Assembly (NCBI GenBank): GCA_963665665.1
Contig: OY762428.1
Location: forward strand, 1,504,001-1,568,000
Direction: 5' to 3'
Length of the DNA: 64,000 bases
DNA from: Candidatus Kapaibacterium sp.
Lineage (GTDB): Bacteria > Bacteroidota > Ignavibacteria > Kapaibacteriales > UBA2268
Shown: one piece after another, positions 32,835 through 43,900 of the stretch
How the letters are laid out: every line of letters begins with the position of its first letter
Position numbering within the stretch: the stretch's first letter is position 1
Program-made: the position numbers and the translations under genes
Notes under the pieces: generated by a model
What the model saw: only the letters and a program-made list of their open reading frames with translations
The model's database searches: none
Told to the model about the DNA's origin: nothing

Positions 32835-34523
32835 ATGGAAAACAGCAGGAAAACTCAATTAATTAATCTGGCATCTTTACTTGATTTCAGCGCCAGGCTG
32901 AACGAAACTTACGACGAAACTTTTATTTTAAATGCAGCCTTACTCAGCCTGATGGGCAAATTGAAGATACTGCGTTCCTGCGTGTTGATCCCCTTCAAGA
33001 AAAATCATTTTAAAGTTATCCTGAACAAAGGCAAACTAAATCTTGATTTTCTTCGTGAGCAGAATCCGAACAAACCTGTTGTTCTGCACTCTATCCAGGA
33101 AGCTGAAAGAATTTTGAAACGTTCTGGCTACGTTTATTTTCTTCCAATAATACATCAGGATGAAACGCTGGCAGTTATCAGCCTTGGCTCGAAAGCCGGA
33201 AATGAAAGTGTAACGGAAGAAGAAGAACAATATTTGTCGCTGGTTTGCACTATTACTGCCAATGCTTTGCAAAATGCAAGAAACCACAGTTCGATGCTAA
33301 AGGAAAAGCAACGGGTGGAACAAAGGAACCAGCTTCTGAGCTCTCTTTTTGAAGTCGCAAGGGATTTTTCAACTCTTCTGTCGCGCGATCAGATACTTAA
33401 GATGCTGTCGCATACCCTGATGGGACAGCTTATGGCAAGCAGGTTCGCCGTTTTGCTTTTAAACGGGGCTAACGGGTATGATGTAATAATCAATCGTTTT
33501 CCGGTGGAACCCGATGAAGATATATTAAACCGACTGTATAATATTGATTCAGCAATAACTACTAAAAATCCAGACATGGACGAAGAATTACGTTTCCTGC
33601 TAAAAAAAATGAATGGCAGGATAGTTTCTCCGATGAAAGTTCAGGGCTCAGTTAAGGGATTCCTGATTGTTGGAAGAAAAATGAGCGGCGGGCCTTATGA
33701 CGAACAGGACCTGCAGTTCACGGAGTCACTTGGGAATACTGCTATTGCAGCCCTTGAGAATGAGAGGCTTTTTAAAGAGGAAGTAGAAAAGAAAAAACTG
33801 GAAGGCGAGCTTGAACTGGCGCTTGAAATACAGAAAAATCTATTGCCAAAATCTACTCCGGTAATAAAAAATTTCGATCTTGCAGGGGTTTCGATACCAT
33901 CACGCCACGTGGGTGGTGATTACTTTGATTTTATCGAACTTCCAAGCGGAAAAATTCTTATTGCTATCGGTGACGTTTCCGGTAAGGGAATGCCGGCTTC
34001 CCTCCTCATGGCGAACGTACAGGCTTCACTACGCTTGCTTGCGCCCCTGTCAATTACATTGGTAGAATTGATATTAAAAATTAACCTGTTAGTTTGGCAG
34101 AATACAAGCGCTGATAAATTTATTACATTCTTTTGTGCTATTCTCGATCCGGGAAAATCTGAAATCACTTATGTAAATGCCGGTCATAATCCACCCTATC
34201 TTATCAGGAAAGACGGACAAATTGATGAGCTTCGAAATGGCGGCCTGATAATCGGTTTTACTGACGAACCCTTTGAATATGAAACAGGAACAGTAACAAT
34301 GGATCCTGGAGATTATATATATATGTTTACTGACGGTGTTAACGAAACTCTTAACGAACAAAGAGAGGAATTTGGCAACGACCGGCTTCTGGAATCACTT
34401 ATGAAAGTAAAAAACGCTGACGCTATCACTATGATCAATAAAGTAATTGATGATGTAAAAGATTTTGCCGGCAACCTTGCCCAGTATGATGATATAACAA
34501 GCGTTGTTCTAAGAAGATTGTAA
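32835..34523 (+). CDS. GAF-domain SpoIIE/RsbU PP2C phosphatase
   Basis: VGGDYFD, GDVSGKG, NAGHNPP, FTDGV, DDIT. Confidence 0.93.
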   Translation: MENSRKTQLINLASLLDFSARLNETYDETFILNAALLSLMGKLKILRSCVLIPFKKNHFKVILNKGKLNLDFLREQNPNKPVVLHSIQEAERILKRSGYVYFLPIIHQDETLAVISLGSKAGNESVTEEEEQYLSLVCTITANALQNARNHSSMLKEKQRVEQRNQLLSSLFEVARDFSTLLSRDQILKMLSHTLMGQLMASRFAVLLLNGANGYDVIINRFPVEPDEDILNRLYNIDSAITTKNPDMDEELRFLLKKMNGRIVSPMKVQGSVKGFLIVGRKMSGGPYDEQDLQFTESLGNTAIAALENERLFKEEVEKKKLEGELELALEIQKNLLPKSTPVIKNFDLAGVSIPSRHVGGDYFDFIELPSGKILIAIGDVSGKGMPASLLMANVQASLRLLAPLSITLVELILKINLLVWQNTSADKFITFFCAILDPGKSEITYVNAGHNPPYLIRKDGQIDELRNGGLIIGFTDEPFEYETGTVTMDPGDYIYMFTDGVNETLNEQREEFGNDRLLESLMKVKNADAITMINKVIDDVKDFAGNLAQYDDITSVVLRRL

Positions 34524-34694
34524 TTATAATTATACAACTGAACAATAATGTTGAACTGATAATTGAACAATAATAGTACACAATTGTTGTTGAAAAAACA
34601 GCCATAGTATTTTTCTATGTTTCCGTAGCTTCTCCCATATTTTCGGAATTGTCATTTTAAACAAATTTATTTTACATTCTCATAATATTATTTT

Positions 34695-35588
34695 TTATGC
34701 TTTCGGGTGTGCTTTCCTATATGCTTCTTTCAGGCGTTCCACAGATACATGTGTATATTTTTGGGTTGTCGACAGCGAAGAATGGCCAAGCATCTCACTT
34801 ACAGAACGAATATCAGCCCCGTTGTCAATCATGTGGGTGGCAAAAGTATGGCGCAGTACGTGAGGGCTCTTCTGCTGAGCTTCTGTAATACCCTTCATGC
34901 TACGGTTAATAATCCTGTATGCTGTGGCAGGATTTAGTTTTTTTCCTTTTCGCGATAGAAAGAGAATATCAATATTATCAGGATTTAATTCCTTTCTCCT
35001 GAGAAGATACTTTTTAAGTTTTTCGATAACAATCGATGTAACCGGAACTATTCTTTGCTTCCGCCCCTTACCGGTAACTTTTACAGTCTGGTCGGGAGCA
35101 TCAATATCATTTACATCCAGGTTAAGAGCTTCGCTTATTCTGAGTCCGGAACTATAAAGCAATTCAACGAGCAGAGAATTTCTTAATTCTTCCGGGCCGT
35201 CGCCTTCCATTTTTACAGTCAGGTTTACTGCTTCTTTTTCCAGCAGATAAGAAGGAAGCCTTTTTTCAACTTTAGGAACCGACAGCCCTCCGCCGGGGTT
35301 TTCATCAATGTATCCGTTTTTATAAAGGAAGCCGAAAAGGGATTTTACCGCAGATATTTTCTGGCGCAAAGATGACCTTTTCAGATTCAGGTCGTGCAGC
35401 CAGCCGGGAAAAAGTCGTAAATCCTCTGCTTCAATATCTCCAATATCAGGATTAGCTTCATATTCCGACCTGAAGAATTCAAAGAATTGCCCGAGGGCCT
35501 TACGGTATGAACCAACGGTGTATGCAGAGAAGTTTTTTTCAAGCTCGCAGTATTTCAGAAATTTATCTATTGCAATATCTAATTTCAT
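34695..35588 (-). CDS. xerC: Tyrosine recombinase XerC
   Basis: LLYSSGLRISE, GKGRKQRIVP, SPHVLRHTFATH, LGHSSLSTTQKYTHV, AHPKA. Confidence 0.88.
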   Translation of the reverse strand: MKLDIAIDKFLKYCELEKNFSAYTVGSYRKALGQFFEFFRSEYEANPDIGDIEAEDLRLFPGWLHDLNLKRSSLRQKISAVKSLFGFLYKNGYIDENPGGGLSVPKVEKRLPSYLLEKEAVNLTVKMEGDGPEELRNSLLVELLYSSGLRISEALNLDVNDIDAPDQTVKVTGKGRKQRIVPVTSIVIEKLKKYLLRRKELNPDNIDILFLSRKGKKLNPATAYRIINRSMKGITEAQQKSPHVLRHTFATHMIDNGADIRSVSEMLGHSSLSTTQKYTHVSVERLKEAYRKAHPKA

Positions 35589-35851
35589 ATCTCACCTTTG
35601 TTATTAATCAATGAAGATATGCAAATTTCAAGCCAGAGATTTACTTTCATCGGTTCCCGGTATTTAACTCCAATTTTTTGATTCCAATTCTTTTGAACTG
35701 CATTTTCAGTAATCAGACTTGCAAAAACCAAGAGCATTCTGCTCCTGATATGCAACATTCACTTTTGTTAATCGTATAATGATTTTTTGGCTTTTTCACT
35801 TCGGAATATTTGTTATATTTACCGAATTCTTGTTATAGGAACGATCGAATT

Positions 35852-36757
35852 ATGATAGCAGATAAGAAAAAAACCGGATATATTATAGCAGTGTGTTCTA
35901 TACTCCTGAATCTGATTCTATTTGGCATTAAGTATTATGCAGGTAAAAAATCAGGATCAATAGCTGTTATAGCAGATGCGTGGCATTCCCTTTCTGATAC
36001 GTTAACATCAATTATTGTAATTCTCGGGCTTTGGATAGCATCACGCCCACCGGATCAGGAACATCCATACGGGCATGGCAGGGCAGAATCTATCGCCTCG
36101 ATCATTGTTGCCACGCTGCTTGGCATGGTTGGTTTTGAATTTATTTTTGAATCGATTTCACGAATAGCCGATGGAGTTAAAGTTGAATATGATTCAACAG
36201 TGCTGATAGCTCTTATTATATCAGTTGTATCCAAAGAAATTATTGCACAGGTATCCATCAGGTACGGCAAAAGGATGAAATCGGAATCGCTTGTAGCTGA
36301 CGGCTGGCATCACAGGACGGATTCGATATCATCAGGTTTAATAATTATCGGTGTAATTTTTAATTATTTCTGGTGGTTCGATTCTGTAATGGGTATCGGG
36401 GTTGCTTTGATGATACTCTGGGCTACTTATAATATTATGAAAGGATCGATAAGTACACTTCTTGGCGAAAAACCCAATCCTGAAACAATTAACAAAGTCG
36501 AAAGTATTATTCGTGATGTTGATAGCAGGATAAGTGATATTCATAATTTTAAAATGCACAGTTACGGCACAAGAAAAGAAATGTCGCTGGATTTCAGGCT
36601 TCCGGCTTCAATGAGTGTTGACCAGGCTCATGATATTGCAACAGATGTTGGAATTGCTGTATTGGAAAAAACCGGAATAAGAACTACGATTCATACCGAA
36701 CCTGAACATGAAAAAGAAAATTCCGACGAAATGACTGACCCGGTTGAAAAAGAATGA
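35852..36757 (+). CDS. Cation diffusion facilitator transporter
   Basis: ADAWHSLSD, HPYGHGRAE, ADGWHHRTD, IHTEP. Confidence 0.93.
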   Translation: MIADKKKTGYIIAVCSILLNLILFGIKYYAGKKSGSIAVIADAWHSLSDTLTSIIVILGLWIASRPPDQEHPYGHGRAESIASIIVATLLGMVGFEFIFESISRIADGVKVEYDSTVLIALIISVVSKEIIAQVSIRYGKRMKSESLVADGWHHRTDSISSGLIIIGVIFNYFWWFDSVMGIGVALMILWATYNIMKGSISTLLGEKPNPETINKVESIIRDVDSRISDIHNFKMHSYGTRKEMSLDFRLPASMSVDQAHDIATDVGIAVLEKTGIRTTIHTEPEHEKENSDEMTDPVEKE

Positions 36758-37257
36758 GCAATAAAATGAAAAATGATTCCAACAGGGAAACCAACCCGAA
36801 GCTTATATCAGGTATAGCACTGATTCTTTTCCAATATATTTTTATTACAATTTTAAAATTTGACCCACCTGTCAGAAATCTAAAATATGTTGGTTTCATC
36901 CTATGGCTTGCAGGCCTTATTCTCTGGTCTTTGTCGGCATTAACTTTATATAAGTATAAAATCACGGCAAAAGCAGACTATATGAATACTTTTAAACTTG
37001 TTAGAAGTGGAATATATTCAATTATAAGGCATCCTCAGTACCTGGGTTTTATTCTTTTTTCAGCAGGCTTCATATTCATCACTCAGAACTTATATATTAT
37101 TATTGTTTCAATTTCCGCATGTGTAATATTGTATTTAGGTATAAAGGCGGAAGACAAACAACTTCTTCAGAAATATTCCAATGATTATCGTGAATATATC
37201 AGAACAACCCCGGCTATAAATTTTTTTGCAGGATTGATTAATAAATTATTTTTTTAA
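36754..37257 (+). CDS. Isoprenylcysteine/phospholipid methyltransferase-like membrane protein
   Basis: LVRSGIYSIIRHPQYLG...ED..L...Y..Y. Confidence 0.85.
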   Translation: MSNKMKNDSNRETNPKLISGIALILFQYIFITILKFDPPVRNLKYVGFILWLAGLILWSLSALTLYKYKITAKADYMNTFKLVRSGIYSIIRHPQYLGFILFSAGFIFITQNLYIIIVSISACVILYLGIKAEDKQLLQKYSNDYREYIRTTPAINFFAGLINKLFF

Positions 37258-37367
37258 TCCCATAAAACATATCGAAATATTTTATTTCAATTTTGTTTGA
37301 TTATTTGGCACAATTTATGTTTATTGGTTATCTAAAGTATTTTGAATTAAAATAATTAGTGACAGCT

Positions 37368-38435
37368 ATGGAAAAGGATAAAATTAAATATTTCGGAATA
37401 ATAAAAAGCCCGGCTGCTTTATTGGTACTGATAGCTCTGATAATTTCTGCCTGTGATAGCGACAGTCCTTTTACTTCTCTTCCCGGTGAAGATATACAGC
37501 TATCGACCGGTAAAACTTATATTGGCGATACAATTACCGTATTTGGTACAGGATTCGGAAAAAGAATTGATGAAAGCGGTATTTGCATGGAAGGTGACCT
37601 GTTTGTCTCATCTTATGATTGTATTCGCTGGGGTGAGCAGAAAATCGTATTTGAAATTCCTATAGCAGCCTGCTCCGGAACCGTATCTGTTTGCGTGGCA
37701 AACGACACTCTGAAACCTGTTAACATAGAAGTTGAAAAGCTGCCGCCTTTCCAGATGGTAAAGATCAATCCCGGAACATTCTTCATGGGGTCCAACACAG
37801 GATTCGACGAGGAAATGCCTTTGCGCGAGGTTGCAATCAGTAAACCGTTCTACATATCAAAATATGAAGTAAATATCCTGCTGTATAAAGCAGTAACCGG
37901 AATTGGCGATAGTTACAGGAAAGACCTTCCTTTAAGCAATGTTAGCTGGGAAGATGCAATACTTTTCTGCAATGAAATTTCTAAAATAACAGGCTTCGAC
38001 ACCTGTTACAGCTTTGATGGAGAACAATACTCGTGGAATAAGGACGCTAACGGATACAGGCTGCCAACCGAAGCTGAATGGGAATATGCTGCCCGGGCCG
38101 GAAGCCGGAATGACTTTTATTCCTATATTGATAATGCCGCATGGTATAATGAAAATTCCGGATATAAAGTACATCCCGGCGGACTAAAATCCGCTAATGA
38201 ATTCGGACTGTTTGATATGATGGGAAATGTCAGAGAATGGTGTTGGGATTATTTTGCCGAAGATTATACCAATGCTTACGATACTGACCCTTCAGGCCCA
38301 CTTACTGGCGAAAGGCGCGTACAACGCGGAGGCTGCTATGCCGATGGTAGAACCTGGTGCAGGCTGTCCAATCGCGTATTTCCTGACTATAGCGAGAAAT
38401 TTTGCGGTATCCGGCTGGTAAGAAATGCAAACTAA
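37368..38435 (+). CDS. SUMF1/FGE-sulfatase domain lipoprotein with IPT/TIG domain
   Basis: Lipobox ISAC; GYRLPTEAEWEYAARAG, NEFGLFDMMGNVREWC. Confidence 0.88.
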   Translation: MEKDKIKYFGIIKSPAALLVLIALIISACDSDSPFTSLPGEDIQLSTGKTYIGDTITVFGTGFGKRIDESGICMEGDLFVSSYDCIRWGEQKIVFEIPIAACSGTVSVCVANDTLKPVNIEVEKLPPFQMVKINPGTFFMGSNTGFDEEMPLREVAISKPFYISKYEVNILLYKAVTGIGDSYRKDLPLSNVSWEDAILFCNEISKITGFDTCYSFDGEQYSWNKDANGYRLPTEAEWEYAARAGSRNDFYSYIDNAAWYNENSGYKVHPGGLKSANEFGLFDMMGNVREWCWDYFAEDYTNAYDTDPSGPLTGERRVQRGGCYADGRTWCRLSNRVFPDYSEKFCGIRLVRNAN

Positions 38436-38592
38436 GCTTTAAATATATGGTTTAAATTACTAATTGTTAACTTCGCAAAAACTTTTGCCAGGTAACTTAT
38501 ATTTTCATCCGGCTATGCATGGCAAAGCTGGATGAATTAATTCAACAGCATACACTATCAACAAATCAAAAACGCTGGACGAACTGGAAAGT

Positions 38593-39543
38593 TCAGTCGC
38601 TTCCTGCGGCCTTTTCCACCCTTTTCCCCATCCACTCGGAAAAAAGCCCCATGCCTGACAGCAAAAGTGGCAGCGGTATCAGTGAATACATCAGCAGCCG
38701 TGTATATACATCAAAGTTTTTCCAACCTCCGAAAAAGAAGAATAAGCCTACACCGACAATTACCAGGAATATACCCATAAGCAGCGGGAATTTCTTTGAC
38801 AGGAATACTAACGATACAATAATCAGGAATGGTATTATCTCGATTAAAGCGCTAAGAGACAAACCGTGCGATAAGATCACAAACAGGAACCAGAAAACAC
38901 AAATACCATAAAGAAAAATTCTGGCAGCTCCGCCCGGACCGAAGTTTCCTTTCAGGCTTGCAGCGGTTTTGGCAATCAGCGGCACAATCATCAGGAGCAT
39001 CCATATTTCCCCTACATGCCCCGTCTTGTAAAACACAATATAAACCGATGCAATGGAAAGGAATGAATAGAATGCGATATGGCTGGAGAGGTCGCCGATA
39101 TGCTTTTGTCTTTCGTCTACCATTTTCGAAGGTATAAGCCCCCGAAAAAATACCAGCAGCCAGTTTCGGGCACTTCCAACAGAGCCATAGCCGAGTGCTA
39201 TTGATGTTAATGTTTTTGCAATAAGCGGCGCCAGAAGAAGAACAAAATAAATTATTTCGGGCGGGTTGCCGTTTTTGTTCCATTCCCGGAAGATTACGAA
39301 AGCTGTAAGCAGGGTATAAACCCAATAAGCTGCATGACTCGAAGAGCGGCTTATCTGAAGCTGCCTTTCATCTCTTCTGCCAAATTCACTAAACTCAAAT
39401 ATTATACCCGTGGCAAGCAACGCAAAAACCAGTATTACTTTAGGTAATAATGGAAGATACATACCGGATAATACAAATCCGCTGATGCCAATAAACCAGA
39501 ACAGCTTAATAATACTTTGCCATTTATTAAAAAGATTTTTCAT
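38593..39543 (-). CDS. Multi-pass membrane protein with internal duplication
   Basis: Two DERQ...SSHxA...PLIAKT units; coupled to the upstream HTH gene. Confidence 0.75.
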   Translation of the reverse strand: MKNLFNKWQSIIKLFWFIGISGFVLSGMYLPLLPKVILVFALLATGIIFEFSEFGRRDERQLQISRSSSHAAYWVYTLLTAFVIFREWNKNGNPPEIIYFVLLLAPLIAKTLTSIALGYGSVGSARNWLLVFFRGLIPSKMVDERQKHIGDLSSHIAFYSFLSIASVYIVFYKTGHVGEIWMLLMIVPLIAKTAASLKGNFGPGGAARIFLYGICVFWFLFVILSHGLSLSALIEIIPFLIIVSLVFLSKKFPLLMGIFLVIVGVGLFFFFGGWKNFDVYTRLLMYSLIPLPLLLSGMGLFSEWMGKRVEKAAGSD

Positions 39544-39746
39544 TTCTCGTCTTCCTCAAGTTCAAATAATTCTTCAACTTTCACTTCGAATAGAGCTGCA
39601 AGCCTTAATGCCAGTTTTACCGAGGGATTGAAACTTCCCTTTTCAATTGCAATAATTGTTTGTCTGCTAACCCCTATCATTTCTGCAAGTTTCGCCTGGG
39701 TTATTTCACCCTTCATGAACCTGTAATATTTTATCTTGTTTTTCAT
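39540..39746 (-). CDS. Small XRE/Cro HTH regulator
   Basis: TQAKLAEMIGVSRQTIIAIEKGSFNPSVKLAL. Confidence 0.93.
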   Translation of the reverse strand: MKNKIKYYRFMKGEITQAKLAEMIGVSRQTIIAIEKGSFNPSVKLALRLAALFEVKVEELFELEEDEK

Positions 39747-39754
39747 GGAACAAA

Positions 39755-39814
39755 TGTAATATATAATATTCTAAATGTCAAGTATTATTTACATTATGTA
39801 TGATATTATATACA
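39755..39814 (-). promoter_or_regulatory. Tandem operator array and promoter of the HTH operon
   Basis: TGT-N12-ACA boxes 21 bp apart (39776-39793, 39797-39814; degenerate copy at 39755) overlapping a minus-strand TTGACA. Confidence 0.6.
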
Positions 39815-39884
39815 ATTTATTACAATATGCTTGACTGGAGAACTTTGATTGTTGAAAAATCCGGCAGATCAGTATCTAAAACAC

Positions 39885-39914
39885 AAAACCCCTCGCCGGT
39901 TTGGCAAGGGGTTT
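39885..39914 (-). terminator. Terminator of pepF
   Basis: AAACCCCTCGCC-GGTTT-GGCAAGGGGTTT. Confidence 0.7.
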
Positions 39915-39943
39915 ACACTTAAGATAATATTATATCTTATAAA

Positions 39944-41851
39944 TTATTTTTCTGCAATAAGTTTTTCCAATTCGTCAAGAAGCCTGTTAGCTTTTGCAAT
40001 AACGGCAAGAATTGGCTCTTTCGTTCTCATGTCAACTCCTGCTTCCATCAATGTCGGTATAGCATATTTTGAGTTTCCGGATTTCAGGAAGTTTAAATAT
40101 TTATCAACTGCCGGCTGGCCTTCATTCAGTATCTTTGCTGCTATAGCTTCGGCAGCACAAAGGCTTGTGGCATATTGATAAACATAGAAATCATAATAGA
40201 AATGATGAATGCGCGGCCAGGAATTTCTTTCTTCCTCGTCCACAAACATATCATCACCCCAGTATTTCTGGTACATGTTGCCGAATGTTTCAGCAAGTTT
40301 ATCAGGAGTAACAGCATTTCCTTTTTCAAGTTCTGACTGAACAACCATTTCAAACTCAGCAAATCTTGTCTGCCTGTAGAATGTACCCTTGATATTGTTC
40401 AATGCAGTTTCAATCAAAGCCATTTTTTCTTCTTTTGTTTCAGCATGGTCAATCAGGTAGTTCAGCAAAAGAACTTCATTAGTGATTGAAGCAACTTCGG
40501 CAACAAATATCGGGTAGTCAGAGTAAGGGAAATTCTGAGTTTTCTGAGTATAGAAAGAATGCATGTTGTGGCCCATTTCGTGTGCCAGTGTAAATACATC
40601 ATTCAGAGTGTAGCCCCAGTTCATCAGAACATAAGGGTGTGCTCCCTTTACAGGGCCTGTTGAATAAGCGCCGCTGCGCTTGCCGTCTGTTTCATAAAAG
40701 TCAACCCACCTGTTGTCGAAGGCAAATTTCAGTTTTGTGATATAATCTTCGCCAAGCGGTTTAAGTGCTTTCAGGCAAAGGTCCATGGCTTCTTCCGGGG
40801 TGTATTTCTTCTCTGTTGAAGGGAATAAAGTTACATAAGTATCATATGGATGAAGCTCTTCAACTTTCAATACTTTCTTTTTCAATTTACCCCAGCGGTG
40901 GAGCGGTTCCAGGTTTTCATTTACAGTATTGACCAGGTTGTGATAAACTTCAACCGGAATGTTATTTTTATCAAGCGCTGCTTCAAGTGTATTTTCGTAT
41001 CCTCTTGATTTAGCCCTGAAAATTTTTGCCTGTATAGAGCCAACATAATTTGATGTAAGGAAATTAATATTATTCATAAAAGGAATATAAATAGCCTGAT
41101 AGGCTCTTTCCCTGAATTCCCTGTTTGTTGAGTACATGGCCGAGTAATAACGTGCATGTGACATCTTTACGTTCTCGCCGTTTTCGTCTTCCACTGATGG
41201 AAATTGAATATCGGCATTAGCCCAAAGGCTGTATGTTTTCATAAAAGCGCTTTCAACAGGGCCTGCATAAGACATTATCTTCTCTTCAGGTTTTGGAAGA
41301 GTATGCTCTTTGAAGCGAAGCATATTGTCGAAATAATGTGTGAAAGCCTGAAGCTTCGGATCAGCAAGATAACCTTTGAGTTTTGCTTTGGGTATGGCAA
41401 GAAGTTCCGGCCTGACAAATGAAATATTGCTTGCCATCTGGTTGTAGAGGTTCATAATCCTGTCGTACTGAGCCTGGTTTTTATTATCTTTCTGGTTCAG
41501 GTCTTTTGCAAGGGAAGCATAAACGCGAAGGCGCTCGAACCGTTCTGAAAAATCTTTTTCCATTTCAAAATATTTCGCAAGCATATCAGCTGACTGGCCG
41601 AGTTTTCCTTCGAAATCTTTGAACTTATCTTTTGAAGCGTCAAGCGCTTTATATTCTTTCTCCCAGTCGGCCGGTGTTTTAAAAAGGTCTTCAAGATTCC
41701 ATACATATTTTGCTTCAATCTCGCTCCTTTTCATTAAACCGCCGTCATCACCTTTGTTTTTGGTCTTGGAGGCTTCAGTATCGTTAGCTGAAAACATGAA
41801 AAAACTCAGAGCCAAAACCACACCCGTAAATTTGTTTAAAAATTGTCTCAT
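39944..41851 (-). CDS. pepF: Oligoendopeptidase F (M3B) with signal peptide
   Basis: GKRSGAYS, TLAHEMGH, FVAEVAS, FYVYQYA. Confidence 0.92.
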   Translation of the reverse strand: MRQFLNKFTGVVLALSFFMFSANDTEASKTKNKGDDGGLMKRSEIEAKYVWNLEDLFKTPADWEKEYKALDASKDKFKDFEGKLGQSADMLAKYFEMEKDFSERFERLRVYASLAKDLNQKDNKNQAQYDRIMNLYNQMASNISFVRPELLAIPKAKLKGYLADPKLQAFTHYFDNMLRFKEHTLPKPEEKIMSYAGPVESAFMKTYSLWANADIQFPSVEDENGENVKMSHARYYSAMYSTNREFRERAYQAIYIPFMNNINFLTSNYVGSIQAKIFRAKSRGYENTLEAALDKNNIPVEVYHNLVNTVNENLEPLHRWGKLKKKVLKVEELHPYDTYVTLFPSTEKKYTPEEAMDLCLKALKPLGEDYITKLKFAFDNRWVDFYETDGKRSGAYSTGPVKGAHPYVLMNWGYTLNDVFTLAHEMGHNMHSFYTQKTQNFPYSDYPIFVAEVASITNEVLLLNYLIDHAETKEEKMALIETALNNIKGTFYRQTRFAEFEMVVQSELEKGNAVTPDKLAETFGNMYQKYWGDDMFVDEEERNSWPRIHHFYYDFYVYQYATSLCAAEAIAAKILNEGQPAVDKYLNFLKSGNSKYAIPTLMEAGVDMRTKEPILAVIAKANRLLDELEKLIAEK

Positions 41852-42160
41852 AATCCAAACCAATTCCTGTATTATTTAAAATAAACATAACATAGTTAAT
41901 ACTCTGCAAGATAATAAAATGTTGCAAATAATTTATAAGGATGAAAAAATTAGTTGTATCATATATATCTTTAATTAAATAAATACATATCAAATATAGA
42001 AATAAATATTGTAACTAATTCTTATGCCAACTAAGGAATTAAATGACAGTTAAATTTGTATAATTATTACCTGTAAAATCTGATAATAATTATTAATATT
42101 CTTCAATTTTCCTTATTTTATATATAGGGAATATTATTAATAATATTAATATGTGGGGCT

Positions 42161-43867
42161 ATGATTACCAAACCGTCAAACCTGATATACGGCCTTGATG
42201 ACAAACCGCCGGTTGTTGTTAGTTTTTTACTCGGTATACAGCATTACTGGATTGTTGCAATTAGTTTTATTTTTCCTGTATTAATAATACAGGCTATTGG
42301 CGGAACTATCGAACAGTCCGAAGCTTTAGTATCGATGAGTATGCTTGCCGGTGGGATTGGAGTAATTGTTCAGGCTGTAAGATTCAAACATGTCGGAGCA
42401 GGTTATTTCATACCACAGGTTTGCGGCCCTTCTTTTCTTGCAGCATCAATACTCGCCGTAAAAACAGGAGGTTTGTCACTGATGTTTGGTATGACGCTTG
42501 TTGCAGGCTTCTTTGAAGCGGCATTCAGCAGGGTGATGCACAAACTCAGGCCTTTGTTTCCGCCCCAGGTTACCGGGCTGATCGTAGCTATGGTTGGTAT
42601 ATCTGTTATAAAAATTGCCGCAACAAATTTCTTTGATATTAGTGATGATCCGGATATTGTAAAAATTGAATCTATATCAGTTGCATTCCTTACACTCGGA
42701 GTAATGGCAGGACTGAATATCTGGTCTAAAGGTAAAATGAAATTGTTCTGCATTTTGATTGGAATGACTGCCGGATATATTTTTTCTTTCATTTTCGGTG
42801 TGCTTGATACAAGTCATATTCATGAAGTACTGAACGATGATTTTTTTGGTTTCGGGCTTTTGGAGCATCCCGGCCTTAGTTTTGAATGGTCTATGGTTCT
42901 TCCATTTTTTGTTGCAATGCTTTGTTCGTCCCTGAAAAGTATTGGCGATATTACTACCTGCCAGAAGATAAATGACGAGAACTGGATAAGAACAGATTTT
43001 AGAAATGCACAAAAAGGTATTCTGGCTGATTCAATTGGCTGTATGTCAGCCGGACTGCTTGGAGGTATGGGGCAGTCAACATCTTCAACAAATATCGGTC
43101 TTACTATTGCCACGGGGGCAACAAGCCGGAAAATTGGATTTTTCCTTGGTGGTATTTTAATCGTGATGTCTTTTCTGCCACAGTTGTCAGGTTTATTTTC
43201 GATTATGCCCCGGCCTGTTATGGGGGCAACATTATTTTTTGCTCTCAGCTTCATGATAATTGCCGGATTCCAGATAATCAATTCCAGAATGGTTGATGCC
43301 CGGGTAACATTTACCGTTGGCTTATCCATGATCATCGGGTTAAGTGCTGATTTTTATCCCCATGTATTCAAGGATCTGCCGGATTTCCTTGAGCCAGTAT
43401 TTGCAAATTCCCTTTCCACAGCAGCTGTAATTGCAATTATACTTAATTTTATATTCCGCCTTGGTACAAAGATGAGGGTTTCGAAAACATTCAAATTCAA
43501 TGATAAAATTTTTGATAATATTAAATTATTCATGACTCAGAATGGGGGCTCTTGGGGTGCCAGGCGCGAAATAATTGCTAATGCCGTTCATGCTGTTTAC
43601 GAAATTGCCGGAATTTTAAAATTGAAAAAACATGATAAACCCCTAATGGTTATTGCTGAATTTGATGAATTCAAGCTTATTGTGGAAGTTGTTTATGAAG
43701 GCGATATGCTGGATTTCAACCAGGAAAAACCAAATCCGGAAACTTTACTCAATGATCCGGCTTCTATAAATAATCTAAGCCTGCATTTGATTAAACATTA
43801 TGCTGATAGAATCAGTACAAGTGTTAAAGACGGCAGAAATTATATCAGGCTGTCTTTGGACCACTAA
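42161..43867 (+). CDS. NCS2 xanthine/uracil permease with a C-terminal soluble extension
   Basis: LIYGLDDKPP...LGIQH, LFPPQVTG, STNIGL...TG signature; ~130-aa extra C-terminal domain. Confidence 0.88.
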   Translation: MITKPSNLIYGLDDKPPVVVSFLLGIQHYWIVAISFIFPVLIIQAIGGTIEQSEALVSMSMLAGGIGVIVQAVRFKHVGAGYFIPQVCGPSFLAASILAVKTGGLSLMFGMTLVAGFFEAAFSRVMHKLRPLFPPQVTGLIVAMVGISVIKIAATNFFDISDDPDIVKIESISVAFLTLGVMAGLNIWSKGKMKLFCILIGMTAGYIFSFIFGVLDTSHIHEVLNDDFFGFGLLEHPGLSFEWSMVLPFFVAMLCSSLKSIGDITTCQKINDENWIRTDFRNAQKGILADSIGCMSAGLLGGMGQSTSSTNIGLTIATGATSRKIGFFLGGILIVMSFLPQLSGLFSIMPRPVMGATLFFALSFMIIAGFQIINSRMVDARVTFTVGLSMIIGLSADFYPHVFKDLPDFLEPVFANSLSTAAVIAIILNFIFRLGTKMRVSKTFKFNDKIFDNIKLFMTQNGGSWGARREIIANAVHAVYEIAGILKLKKHDKPLMVIAEFDEFKLIVEVVYEGDMLDFNQEKPNPETLLNDPASINNLSLHLIKHYADRISTSVKDGRNYIRLSLDH

Positions 43868-43900
43868 AACGAAATCGTTTATTTTTAAGGAGTATATATA

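Noticed and set aside
34524-34694. TGAACAATAAT repeats as dif or oriC
   Set aside because: Two short copies in AT-rich DNA; no recognisable Xer or DnaA sites
34695-35588. XerC as the island integrase
   Set aside because: It lies outside the att repeats and has housekeeping XerC motifs; a separate integrase remnant is inside the island
37305-37321. Sigma-54 promoter TTGGCACAATTTATGTT
   Set aside because: The -12 element is TGT rather than TGC; too weak without other support
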